A stretch of DNA of 64,000 nt from contig OZ024741.1 in NCBI GenBank assembly GCA_964016885.1, forward strand, positions 393,018,001 to 393,082,000. The letters run 5' to 3'. Source of the stretch: Eledone cirrhosa. Its lineage: Eukaryota. This document shows positions 44,230 through 55,889 of the stretch, in pieces (positions within the stretch are counted from its first letter, which is position 1; each line of letters opens with the position of its first letter). A program made the position numbers and the translations under genes. The notes under the pieces were generated by a model. The model saw only the letters and a list, made by a program, of their open reading frames with translations, searched no databases and had not been told where the DNA came from.

Positions 44230-44650
44230 CAGTGTTGGGTAAAGCAAATATCCCTAACAAAATGAAAAAAAAAACATCGGCACTTCAATCGAGAAATTAA
44301 ATCTGGAGTGTCAAGGACTGAATAAGAAAAATCAAAGATGACAGATATAGTAAATGCAAAGTGTGAGATTTGTAAAGGTGATCTCGAGGAAATGTTTCAA
44401 ATTTCAAGCCAGGATATTCTCGACTGAAAAGATGCCCCATTTGAAGACAAAGCTTTCCTTGAGACACAGTGAGAAAATCAGATGTCTTCCTTCATGGATG
44501 GTGTTGATGCAAAACATGTGAGAGTTATTCAGAAGAAGGAAATGAAGGTTCATGATATAAAAGTAAAAGAAGCGAAAACAAGATGAAGAAGTCAAGAAGA
44601 TGTCTGAGAAAGTAGCTCTTGAGAGTTCCTCAGCCAGCTCAGTCACGATG
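44230..44650 (+). mobile_element. Unclassified DNA-transposon-like protein relic
   Basis: WVKA(N)IP...LEEMFQIS...EDKAFLETQ...MDGVDAK resembles the N-terminal region of an invertebrate transposase family; stops present. Confidence 0.35.
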
Positions 44651-44689
44651 ATGATGATGATATATTCACATCACTTTCAATAAGAGAAT

Positions 44690-45008
44690 GTCTGATAAAG
44701 AAGAACATTTCCACTCTTCCACATTCCCCCTACAGCCGAGATGTAGCTCTGTGTGACTTCTACCCCTTCCTTAAGTTGTAAATGAAGTTGAAGGGTCTGT
44801 GGGAAACATACAAAAAATTGTAACAGATGAGCTAATGTCACTCATAGAAAATGGCTTCTGGTTCTGCTGTGAACAATGAAAGAAATGTTGGAACTAAGGT
44901 GGGATTTCCCAAGAGTCATATTTTGAAAGGAATAACTTGTGATTTCATGTACGCCTAATATACATTTAAATAAGATATCAGTACCCTTACTTTTGGGATA
45001 AACCTCTA
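44690..45008 (+). mobile_element. Mariner transposase 3' fragment with right TIR remnant
   Basis: LPHSPYSRDVALCDFYPFLKL*MKLKG (YSPDLAPxD motif)...SYFE. Confidence 0.75.
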
Positions 45009-45079
45009 TCCCGTCACCTACGACTAACTCTCTCATCGCCCCCACCTCCACTTCTCTCCCCATCACTGATACCGCACCT

Positions 45080-47934
45080 AACCACAACATCCCCTCCGCC
45101 TCCACCCGTTTCTCTCCCTCACGTACCTCCCATACTGTTGTGAACCTACCTCTAACCTACCACTATCCGAAGCTGAGTGCTCCCACCTCACCAGGGGCTT
45201 GCCCGTCTTACCTACCACATCCACCTGCGACGAGTTCCCAAATTGTACTGAGGTTGAACGCTTCTTACGTCGCCCAAAATTACAAGCATTCTTCTACAAC
45301 ATACCGTCATCAGCCCAAACAGACTGTTTCACAAGTTTCAACCGCCGACAATCACTGAGCTCTGGGCAGTTCAGCACCCTTGACACATTTGTAGAGACTT
45401 GCCGAAGTACAGCGTTCATTTCCAAAAGCACTATCATCGTATCAACCTCATTCAGGCTGAACTCTCTGCTCTGCGCAACCTACGGCGCCGCGATGACATT
45501 GCATCAAACCTGTTGATAACAGTTGGGTCGTGGGTGTGAAGCGCGAACCTCTACAGGACTAAGGCCCTCCGCCAGCTTCACAATATCCAATTTTGCCGGC
45601 CTTTATCCTTTGATCTCACGCTAGGCTACCAAGAGCTCGTTCCACCAACGTTCGCCAACTTTCCTACCACCTACTGCTACTAATCATACAGCACGCACCC
45701 GTCGTACACCTACCATCTACTTCTTCCCCAAGAAATATACAACCGATAATTCCGGCCGCCCTCTCGTTTCTGCCTGTAACCGCCCTACCGAAATAATATC
45801 CTAATACCATGACATCCTCCTCGCCCCCTTAGTAACCAACCTCCCCTCCCATATCCTCGACACTAATAATTCCCTTCTACTTTAACACATTTTCCTTCTC
45901 TTCTGGGCCCCTCTCGCATTCTCTTTACCACGGACATTAACTCTCTCTCTACACCATCATCCCTACATGCTCGGCCTCCACGCTCTCCAGCATTTTTTAG
46001 ACACGCCCAACACTACCCGAACACTTATACTCTTTTCCGTTTTGCTGAGCTCTTTCTCACTCTCAATAGTTTTTCCTTTTCCGGAGAGTTTTACCAACAG
46101 CTCTCTGGAGTAGCCATGGGCACCAGAATGGACCCTAACTACATCAACTTGTTCGTTAGCTACGTCGAGGCCTTGATATTCTCCCAGTACACTGGTCCGG
46201 CCCCTGAGCTATACAGTCATTACGTCGACGATTGTATCAGCGCCACCGCTCTCTCCTGTGAACAGCTCAACCCCTTTCTTTCTTTCACCCAGTATTTTCC
46301 TCCTGCTGTACCTTCACCCCCTACCTCCAACTCCTCAGTCCATTTTCGCGACATCTCTCCCTCTCTCTCTTTCTCTTTATCGACCACACACACCACATAC
46401 CCTCTACTTCCATCTTCTATAAGCCCACTGATTCCCACTTCTACATTCACTTCACCCCCTCCTATCCCACCTACACCAAACTCTCCATACCCTATTCCTA
46501 ATTCCCCCACCTTCGTCGGCTCTGTAGCCAGGACCACGATTTCGAGGCCCAGTACAACGTATGACCTCCCGCTTCATCCAGCGTGGATATCCCCTGCTCT
46601 GATCCAAGCTGCCCTCATGAAACCGACCGTATCAAGCCCTCCCTCTCACCCCTACACCCACCTTCCTTTCCACCTCATCTACCACTTCACCACCCTACTT
46701 CTCCAGTGACATATCTTCCCATATGACCCCGCCACTTCTCGCTTCATTCCAAATCCACCCATCAGCGCCTTTAAGCGTGCCCGTAATCTCCGCGAATTCC
46801 TGATACACAGTTTCTTCCCTTCCTTTCCTAGGACTCACCCAGCTCCCATCCCTATTCTCGTCCTCGCTGTAATACCTGTCCCTTCATTTCTAACCTCACC
46901 ACTCTCACAGTCACTAACGGTTCTTTCCGTATCCACCACTACTTCACCTGCACATCCACTTATGTAATCTAAGCCCTCCGGCTTTCCCTTTGCGAGACTT
47001 TATACACCAGACAAACAGGCCGCCGCTTGGCAGACCGTTTCGCTGAACACTTGAGGGACATACGACTCGGTATAGATACCCCGTGGCTTGTCATTTCCGT
47101 TTTCCAAGCCACTCTTTCCTACATGTCTCAGTCATTGGTGTCCTTTTACATCACGGATCGCTGGCCTTGTACTCCAGAACTGATCAGGGTTTGATTTTCT
47201 GCCTTGGGTCTAGTTTCCCTAATGGACTCAACTCCCCTCCCCGATTTAATTAATCTTGCAACATACGCTTGCCCTTACTTCTATATTCCTAAACACTCTC
47301 ACCCCTACTTCGTCCGCTGTCACACATGCACGCGCACATTCACCCTAGGTTCCTTCTAATGGCTGTATTATGAGTAGAAATACATACTCTTACAGCATGT
47401 AATGACCAACAACAACACGTACGGACCAACAACAACCACACAAACGCACACCCTCATAAACTTATAAACACACACATATCCTCACAGCTTCGTACTTACA
47501 ACAAAACATACACGCGCACACACTCTCTTAAACTTATATATACACACACTTATTCCCATAGCTTTGCAAGGACAAATAACAAACATGTACACACACACAC
47601 GCGCGTACACGCTCTATATACAAAACGATGTTTCCTTTTCAGCTAGACGCATTCGATCAACACCTTTTAAAACAAGCTCAACTTATATAACAACGCCAGA
47701 ATCAACAGTTTTCCAAGAGATAGCGACTTGAACTAACCTGATTTTTCGTTTCTGCCACTGCCCACACTCCTCTATCTCTCTATTTTTTTTTTCTTTGATT
47801 TATCATTCTATTTTCTGATGAAGGTCTAGCGTCCGAAACGTATAGACTCTTTTCCTATTGTATCAAGCGTAAAACTAATAATATATTTATTCATTGTACT
47901 GTGACATTCACTTTGTTATTTCTGTTTACCTTTT

Positions 47935-47935
<1 letters not shown>
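45080..47935 (+). mobile_element. Near full-length degenerate Penelope element (Poseidon-like) with 3' pseudo-LTR
   Basis: IYFFPK, GRPLVSACN, GVAMGTRM.PNY.NLFV, YVDDC, CNTCPFI, FTCTS, QTGRRLADRFAEHLRDI. Confidence 0.88.
47807..47846 (+). ncRNA. Minimal hammerhead ribozyme (family E)
   Basis: CTGATGA-AGGTCTAGCGTCC-GAAAC GTA|taga; palindromic ACGT stem III; stem I imperfect. Confidence 0.55.
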
Positions 47936-47983
<48 letters not shown>

Positions 47984-48285
47984 GAACAGCCGTTAAAACA
48001 GCTAAATGATGTCAAAGACAACAATGGGAAAAAATGCCTCAGAGGACAGAGACCAGTGGTCAGTGACAATCCACAAGGTGGGTGACAGGCAGAGGAAATA
48101 TAGAAAAGATTGAAAGAGGAGGAGGACAAGCAGTGTGTTGGTGCACAGAAGTGACTGGAAGAGGAAATAAAGGAAGGCGATGTACAAGACATCTTCATCC
48201 TCATCAGCAAATGATTTTGCACGCTTTAACTGGTAGTACCATTTTAAAATGCTGGATCGTGCAACAGAAAAATAAATCTTTCTGC

Positions 48286-48925
48286 TGATGTGTTTACTAT
48301 ACATATACTACCCAATGATGTGTTTACTATACATATACTACCCAATGATGTGTTTACTATACATATACTACCCAATGATGTGTTTACTATACATATACTA
48401 CCCAATGATGTGTTTACTATACATATACTACCCAATGATGTGTTTACTATACATATACTACCCAATGATGTGTTTACTATACATATACTACCCAATGATG
48501 TGTTTACTATACATATACTACCCAATGATGTGTTTACTATACATATACTACCCAATGATGTGTTTACTATACATATACTACCCAATGATGTGTTTACTAT
48601 ACATATACTACCCAATGATGTGTTTACTATACATATACTACCCAATGATGTGTTTACTATACATATACTACCCAATGATGTGTTTACTATACATATACTA
48701 CCCAATGATGTGTTTACTATACATATACTACCCAATGATGTGTTTACTATACATATACTACCCCATGATGTGTTTACTATACATATACTACCCAATGATG
48801 TGTTTACTATACATATACTACCCAATGATGTGTTTACTATACATATACTACCCCATGATGTGTTTACTATACATATACTACCCAATGATGTGTTTACTAT
48901 ACATATACTACCCAATGATGTGTTT
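48286..48925. repeat. 30-bp tandem satellite, about 21 copies
   Basis: Unit TGATGTGTTTACTATACATATACTACCCAA; only two variant units. Confidence 0.97.
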
Positions 48926-49077
48926 GTGTGATAAAACAAACAGCATAAATAGAAGGACGAAAGAAAGCAAAGAAAATAAAATAATAGGATAGTGGACCTC
49001 AAGCTGAGGTGTCTGTCCTAAATAGAAATCTAATCATAGCCATGATAAAGTTAAATAAAAAATGAAACAGACATATA

Positions 49078-49982
49078 TATATACAGTAGACAGCTTCTGT
49101 TACCTAGGTGACCGAATTAGCAGCGGAGGTGGGTGTTCAGAAAGTACAATAACTAGGGTAAGAACGGGATGGAAGAAGTTCAGGGAGCTACTGCCACTGC
49201 TAGCTGCAAAAGGCTTTTCCCTCAAAATGAAAGGCAGACTGTATGATGCGTGTATACGAACAGCAATGTTATATGGCAGTGAGACCTGGGCGCTGAAGGT
49301 GGAAGACTTACGTAGATTAGAAAGAAACAAAGCCTGCATGCTCCGATGGATGTGTAATAGTAATATACGTGAACGGCAAAGCATAAATGAATTGAGAGAG
49401 AGACTGAGCATAAGAGGAATCAAATGTTGTGTGCAGGAGAGATGGTTGTGTTGGTATGGACATGTGATGCGTATGAAGGATGACAGCTGCATAAAAAGAG
49501 GCAGAGCAGTAGAAGTTGATAGAAACCGCGGAGTGGGGAGACCCAAGATGACCTGGAATGAGGTGATAAAAGCCGACCTAACCCAATTACACCTCTCAAA
49601 GGCAATGACACACTACCGTGACCTCTGGCGTCACGCAGTAATACAGAAGACCCGACCCCCCACGAGTACAAGCCGAAGCTGAAGCATATAGACAATATGT
49701 CTCCACACCCTCCCACTGCAAGGTGGTCATGGAGGTGCCATGGCAAAAAAGCATCCAGCCCACACTGTAATGTGGACGTGTAGGCGCCACGGAAAAAAGC
49801 ACCCAGCACTCACTGTAAATGAGGTTGGTGTTAGGAAGGGCATCCAACTGTAGAAATCAAGCCAGAATCAGTTCCCGTATGAACAAGACAAGGTCAGCCG
49901 ACTGGACAGTGCCCACAACAGGACAACCCATCTAACCCATGCTAGCGTGGAAGAACAGACGTAAAACAGTGATGATGATGAT
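49078..49982 (+). mobile_element. RTE LINE 3' end with UTR and (GAT)n tail
   Basis: VDSFCYLGD...LYGSETW...WYGHVMR...GRPKMTW. Confidence 0.9.
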
Positions 49983-50098
49983 ATATATATATGTATATAA
50001 AGATGAGGATCCAATTAGATTCGAAAATTAATTAAAGCCATTCATCATTTTTCAATTTACAAGGAAATTCCTATATTCTTGGATTCAAACAGATTTTG

Positions 50099-50138
<40 letters not shown>

Positions 50139-51708
50139 GAAAAGTATAGAAATTATTGGGGCAAGATGCCAACAGTATTCCATAATAATATATATATTAT
50201 ATATATTCGTAAAATTGGAGCATTCTCAGTGCAAATGGTAGCAGTATACAGCTGGGTAGTATATGTATAGTAAACATTCGGGTTAAGATATAACCTCAAA
50301 TCGAATAGACAGTGGGAGAGAGAGGAAGAAAGAGAGTCTAAAGTGTGAGATGAGAAATAAGAGGGTTATAGAGTCAGAGAGAAGGGAAGAGGAGAGGAGA
50401 GGAGAAAAAAGAGGACGAAAACGATGGAGTAGGGCTTATGGAGAAAAATGAAGAGATGGATAGAAAGATGGAGAGAGTAAACTAACAAGAAAATGGAAAA
50501 TTGGGCAGGCTAGCACAAATTCAATTTGTCTAGTTTGTTATACCTATATATATATATACATATATACTAGAGAGGTCAGCAACCCTGTTTCAGTTCTAAC
50601 TTGGTTTGTGTAAACGAATAAAACCCTTGCAAGCAAGGAAAGTAGATGTTAGAATGATAATGATGATGATGATGATAATGATGATGATGATGATGACAAT
50701 GCAAACCTCACGGTTATCTCTTATTGTTATCAAAGCCATATTTACAAGACCAATCACAATCAGTGAGGATATAACAAAATCTAGTTAAGCTCTTATCAAT
50801 AAATAATCCTCTTAAAGCCTGTCTAACTGTCTGCATTAATCTGAATAATAATCATTGTCTTGAATTTTAGTAATGTGACACTATCATTTCAGCTTACAAA
50901 ATGATGTTAAACTTGATAAACCATTGATAGAAGCTCTCAGCTAGGTTGGGCCACAACACTTTACAACATTGGTTTCTTGCCATATCTGTTATACCAAAAG
51001 GTGTCTGTGAATATCTTTGGGCCTCTTACCACCAAAAAAAGAGAAAAGGTCTTCCACATCCTATAGGAACTTGCACATTAGTAGTTCAAAGATTATTCAA
51101 CTCATTGCAGTTTCATTTAACAGTTCTATCAGTCTCTTATTTGTTTGACAAAGAACTGCGAACTTAATTTTACATGGAGAGTAATCAGCTTATCATAATC
51201 TTTGCTTACTATCTATCTGTCCACCTTTCACTGCTCTTATTGAACCTTAGTGCACCCAAACACATCCATAGTCATTCTTTTAGTTTGGATGGGGCATGAG
51301 ACATTCCATATCCTCTGGAATTCACTAGTCTTATGTAATCATTGTTTGCTACTTTGGTCTTCACCAATACTCTATCTTTTGAATATTTATTGACTTCCTA
51401 TGGTTCTATTTCTACCTCTAATATACAGCATCATTTTGCTAGAGTTCTTCCATTAGTTCCATAAAGAAAGCATTGGTGTTTTATTAAACTATAAAAAACA
51501 TGTCTTGGTGAAGACCCCCTCCCCTTCACATGTTTTACTTGCTTTCACTTGGGGTACGATTTTCTTTTCAGGATATCGTTTGCTTTCTTTTTTTCTGTCT
51601 ATTGTCACAAAATTCCTATGAAAGAGCCTTGTTCCTGTATTAGAAACCAGCTCTCTTTCTCTATTAGTGAGAAATTAAAAAAAAAGAACACACACGCACG
51701 CACACACT

Positions 51709-51753
<45 letters not shown>

Positions 51754-52060
51754 GAACACACAATTTCTACCAAATATGGGAGTGTTAGTGACCAGGCTGC
51801 AAGATGTACGACAAAAATGTTTGAAACTCCATTGCATACAATCTATTTCATGCTAAAGATATTCAGTGTGACTGCCATGGTCACATCATATAATACAAGA
51901 TGTCACATATCATATTTGAGTTATCTACCTTGGCTAATTTGTACTAACAAGATGTTTCCCATTATATGATGGATAATGTTGGAAATAGACTTTTGTCACT
52001 GTAGGTAATATTAGATAATGTTACATAGGTACCATAACTATTTTTTTTCAAATTTCACAG

Positions 52061-52131
52061 TGTTTATATAAAAATGGAGTCTTCTTCGATATATGGCGAA
52101 CAGTGTAGAGAATGTAATTGTGCCACTGTGG
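52061..52131 (+). CDS. Putative exon containing a start codon (MESSSIYGEQCRECNCATV...) of an unidentified host gene
   Basis: Acceptor ttttttttcaaatttcacAG, AAAATGG start context at 52074, donor G|GTAATA at 52132. Only one frame is open. Lies in unique, CpG-poor sequence. Confidence 0.4.
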
Positions 52132-52550
52132 GTAATATGAAGTAATCTTATATATGTTCAAAGAATATCTGGAATGTTTCTTCCAGAATGGCACTCAGCT
52201 TTGCTCTCATAGTCAACATTATTTCCTCTTGGCTTTCTTTAGCTAGAAACCTTGGTACGGCTGAGATAAATGAGCCAGAACATTGTCATAAGTAAAATGT
52301 TGAGGTCTTCCTCTGTTGTTACACTGAGTTTCCTGTGTCTGCTGTTGAAAAAAATGCAGAGTAGTAAAGGAGGGATGGCAGTTTCGTGAAACTGAATACA
52401 TGTGTGTTTATTTTTGTGTGTGTATGTGTGTTTGTCTGTGTGTGAGTGTGTGTGTCTGTGTGTGTCTGTGTGTGTTTGTGTGTGCATGCATGTGTGTGTA
52501 AGTATACATAAATATACTGTTCAAGCCTATGTTGTTTTTATTTATGTCAT

Positions 52551-52799
52551 TAACCATTTCATTGTCATATTACTGATAAAATACACTGCCTCTGTGTTTC
52601 AAAAGATTTCAAAATATTGAACAATTTGGAAGGATTTCATAAAATAACTAACATCTTCAGTATTAAGCTTGAGTTTGGAACATCACTTAACAAAGTTTCT
52701 TCCATAAAATTATGATGGAAAATTTCTGCATAAACAATTTAAAATAGCTTTGTATCATAAACTCAGTGGTTTCAGGAGGATTGGTATCAAGAGGGTCAA
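52551..52799. mobile_element. Degenerate TTAA-type (piggyBac-like) MITE
   Basis: ttaaccatttc...aagagggtcaa imperfect ends. Confidence 0.4.
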
Positions 52800-53537
52800 T
52801 GGTCATCATGGGATGTGGAAGTTGATTGGCCATGGGCTATTTTATTATCCTCATATTCACCATTAACATTTCATGACTGTTTTACCATACTGACATTGGT
52901 TGGGTGTGTTCTCACAATTCAAGTCAGTTCTTATTTGGAATTATTTCATTCTTACATACTTCATGGAACCACACACCCCACTTATATATTCCTTGTTTTT
53001 CAAAGTTTCCTTAACTGAATGCCATTTCTAATGCCAACCAATTTATAGAGAGTACTTGGTGTATTTTACTATGGAACCAACATTAGAGAAGTTGTCATCT
53101 CAACAAGACAAGAGAATCCTTTCTATATTGTCTCTATCTGTTTGCCAACAGAGTACTGGGTATATTTTATTGTGGTCTTGTCCCCAGCAAGACTTAAAAT
53201 GAGAGAGAAGCAAGGAAATAATAAGAGATATGAGTGGCAATAAAGATAGATGTTTGTTAAAGTTTGAGTAATCGATTGCTATAAAGGTGGGTGATGGTAA
53301 GAGAGAGTGAAGGATTCCAATAATGAAAGTTAGAACTAGTAATATGAGTGTGAGAGGGAGGAGACTGCTAGCAATAGAGAAGGGTAATGGTAGAGGGACA
53401 ATCAATGCAGACAGATCCACTATTATCCTATGTTACACAAGCAGTATGACAGGTGAAAGACAGAATGATAGTAGGGAGGTACAGTTATAGAAGAGATGAA
53501 TGATTGATGGGAGAGTAATAAAAGAGATGAGGGAGCC

Positions 53538-53750
53538 TTAACCCTTTAGCATTGAAATCAGCCATATCTTGCCAGAATTCTGTCACCTCTTTCAGTCCAA
53601 ACCAGCTGTATAAGGTATTAAGGTATTGTTCTCAAAATAAATAATATCAAAATCTCATAGATTCGATATTATGTGAGATAATTATGTGAGGTAAGCCTTT
53701 ACCATGAAAATACAATAGTACATATAGTAATGTAAATGCTAAAGAATTAA
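53538..53750. mobile_element. piggyBac-like MITE
   Basis: TTAA-CCCTTTAGCATT ... AATGCTAAAGAA-TTAA. Confidence 0.7.
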
Positions 53751-53871
53751 TTTAATATATACTTTATAGTAGTTGTCAAGGATCAACAATAGAATATTAT
53801 AGTAACTGTTAATGAATCATCCAGAAGATATTGAAATTGTTAATGATAGACATACATAAATTTGCTGAAGA

Positions 53872-54043
<172 letters not shown>

Positions 54044-54185
54044 GCACATGGCTTAGTGGTTAGAGCATTGGCCTTGCAATCGAAAGGTTGTGAGTTCAAT
54101 TCTCAGACCGGGTGATGTGTTGTTTCCTTGAGCAAGACACTTTATTTCACATTGCTCCAGTTTACTTAGCTGTTGAAATGAGATG
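54044..54185 (+). mobile_element. tRNA-derived SINE (family 2)
   Basis: A-box TGGCTTAGTGG, B-box GAGTTCAATTC, followed by ccttgagcaagacacttta. Confidence 0.75.
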
Positions 54186-54685
54186 ATAGAGACTGGTGTC
54201 CCTATCATTCCACTGCAAAGTGGTCGTGGAGGGCCATGGCAAAAAAGCACACAGCACTCACTGTAAATGAGGTTGGTGTTAGGAAGGGTGTTGAAAGGTT
54301 AGTTGGTGTGGAAATCAAGCCAGAATCAGTTCCCGTCCCACCCCTGCAAGCGTACGTAAAATGAAGTGATGATGATGATATATATATATATATATATATT
54401 TTTTTTTTTTTTCCACCAAACCACAGATACCACCAAATATTTAACAAATATACTGTTAAATTCTCATACGCTACATCAAGCAATCTCCAGCAAAAAATAA
54501 GCAACTACAACATTTATAAACTTAAAAATAATATGACTACACCATCATCATCATCATCATCATCATCATCACCGTTTTACGTCCGTTCTTCCATGCTAGC
54601 ATGGGTTAGACGGGTTGTCCTGTTGTGGGCAGTGTCTGGTCAGCTGACCATGCCTTGCTCATACAGGAACTGATTTTGGCATAAT

Positions 54686-55345
54686 TTGAGTAGGACTGCA
54701 CCTTTTAAAAAGGCAAATAATACAACCCTTCAACCTAGAAAACACAACCACCCAAATCACCAAAACAAAAACAACAGAACACAAAATCACAATACAACCC
54801 TAGCACCAAACCACCTACAAAGCAACCTTCATTCTCCTGTTATCATTAATTACAATAGGAATAGCTCAAGGATTAATGAGAATAATATAGGCACCCCCAA
54901 CAACCATCTTACGCATGGCTGTAATTGCAGAAATAGAAGCATTTGCTCCTTAAATGGCAACTGTTTGATTAATAATGTAATATATAAATGCACTGTGTCT
55001 ACTACAGACTCCAACAAAACATATATAGGATCTACATCAAACACATTTAAGAAAAGATTTTACGCACACTCTAGTAGTTTCAACAATACTAAACTAGCTA
55101 ACACCACATCTTTAGCTGAAGCGGTAAATAATTATGAAAAGCAAAAAATAGATTTCAAGTTATCGTGGAACAACATTCTACAAAGAACTCCATATCTTGG
55201 GAACAGGAGGGAATGCAGATTATGTTCAGGGGAGATCTTGGAAATTACTAAATCTAAGGACGATTTATTAAATAAAAGGCAGGAACTGAGCATAGTTTGT
55301 AATCACCGTATACGAAGAACATTTAAATACTATAAACCTAATTAA
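54686..55345 (+). mobile_element. Penelope GIY-YIG endonuclease, open reading frame intact
   Basis: CNCRNRSICSLNGNCL.NNVIYKC...YIGSTSNTFKKRFYAH...CRLCSGE...LLNKRQE...CNH. Confidence 0.9.
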
Positions 55346-55484
55346 ATACTATAAACGTAATTAAATATTCTAAATAGCAACTCACTATAATTCTATATAG
55401 AGTAACATTTATTAGTACCCCTTTCCCCTAATTATATCCATTCATGTGGCAAGTAACAATCTTTTGGTCCTTAGGTTATTTAAC

Positions 55485-55529
<45 letters not shown>

Positions 55530-55538
<9 letters not shown>

Positions 55539-55766
55539 TAAAATAACAGATTAAAGTTTAAGCAAAGAATCGCTGCTTTCACCCTTAACGGGATCTTCTG
55601 AAACTAACAAAGTCAATCTGTAAACGCAGAACTGGATATTTCAAAAAACGTTTTGAAATATCCAGTTCTGCGTTTACAGATTGACTTTGTTAGTTTCAGA
55701 AGATCCCGTTAAGGGTGAAAGCAGCGATTCTTTGCTTAAACTTTAATCTGTTATTTTAATAAATAT
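55530..55766. repeat. Palindrome of pseudo-LTR arms, each with a variant hammerhead (CAGAAGA core)
   Basis: Arms of about 115 bp are reverse complements centred near 55648. Confidence 0.9.
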
Positions 55767-55889
55767 TTGCTCTACGGTTCTTATATATTTGATATATATT
55801 TATCCTTATCGAGCCCTCTTTGGATTTTAGTCTTCAAATTTATTATTATTACTATATATATATATATATACATATCGTCAGATAGATTA

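Noticed and set aside
48286-48925. CRISPR-like array
   Set aside because: Units are contiguous with no unique spacers, there are no cas genes, and the context is eukaryotic.
54044-54115. tRNA gene
   Set aside because: The tRNA-like head continues into a SINE body, and the acceptor stem does not pair.
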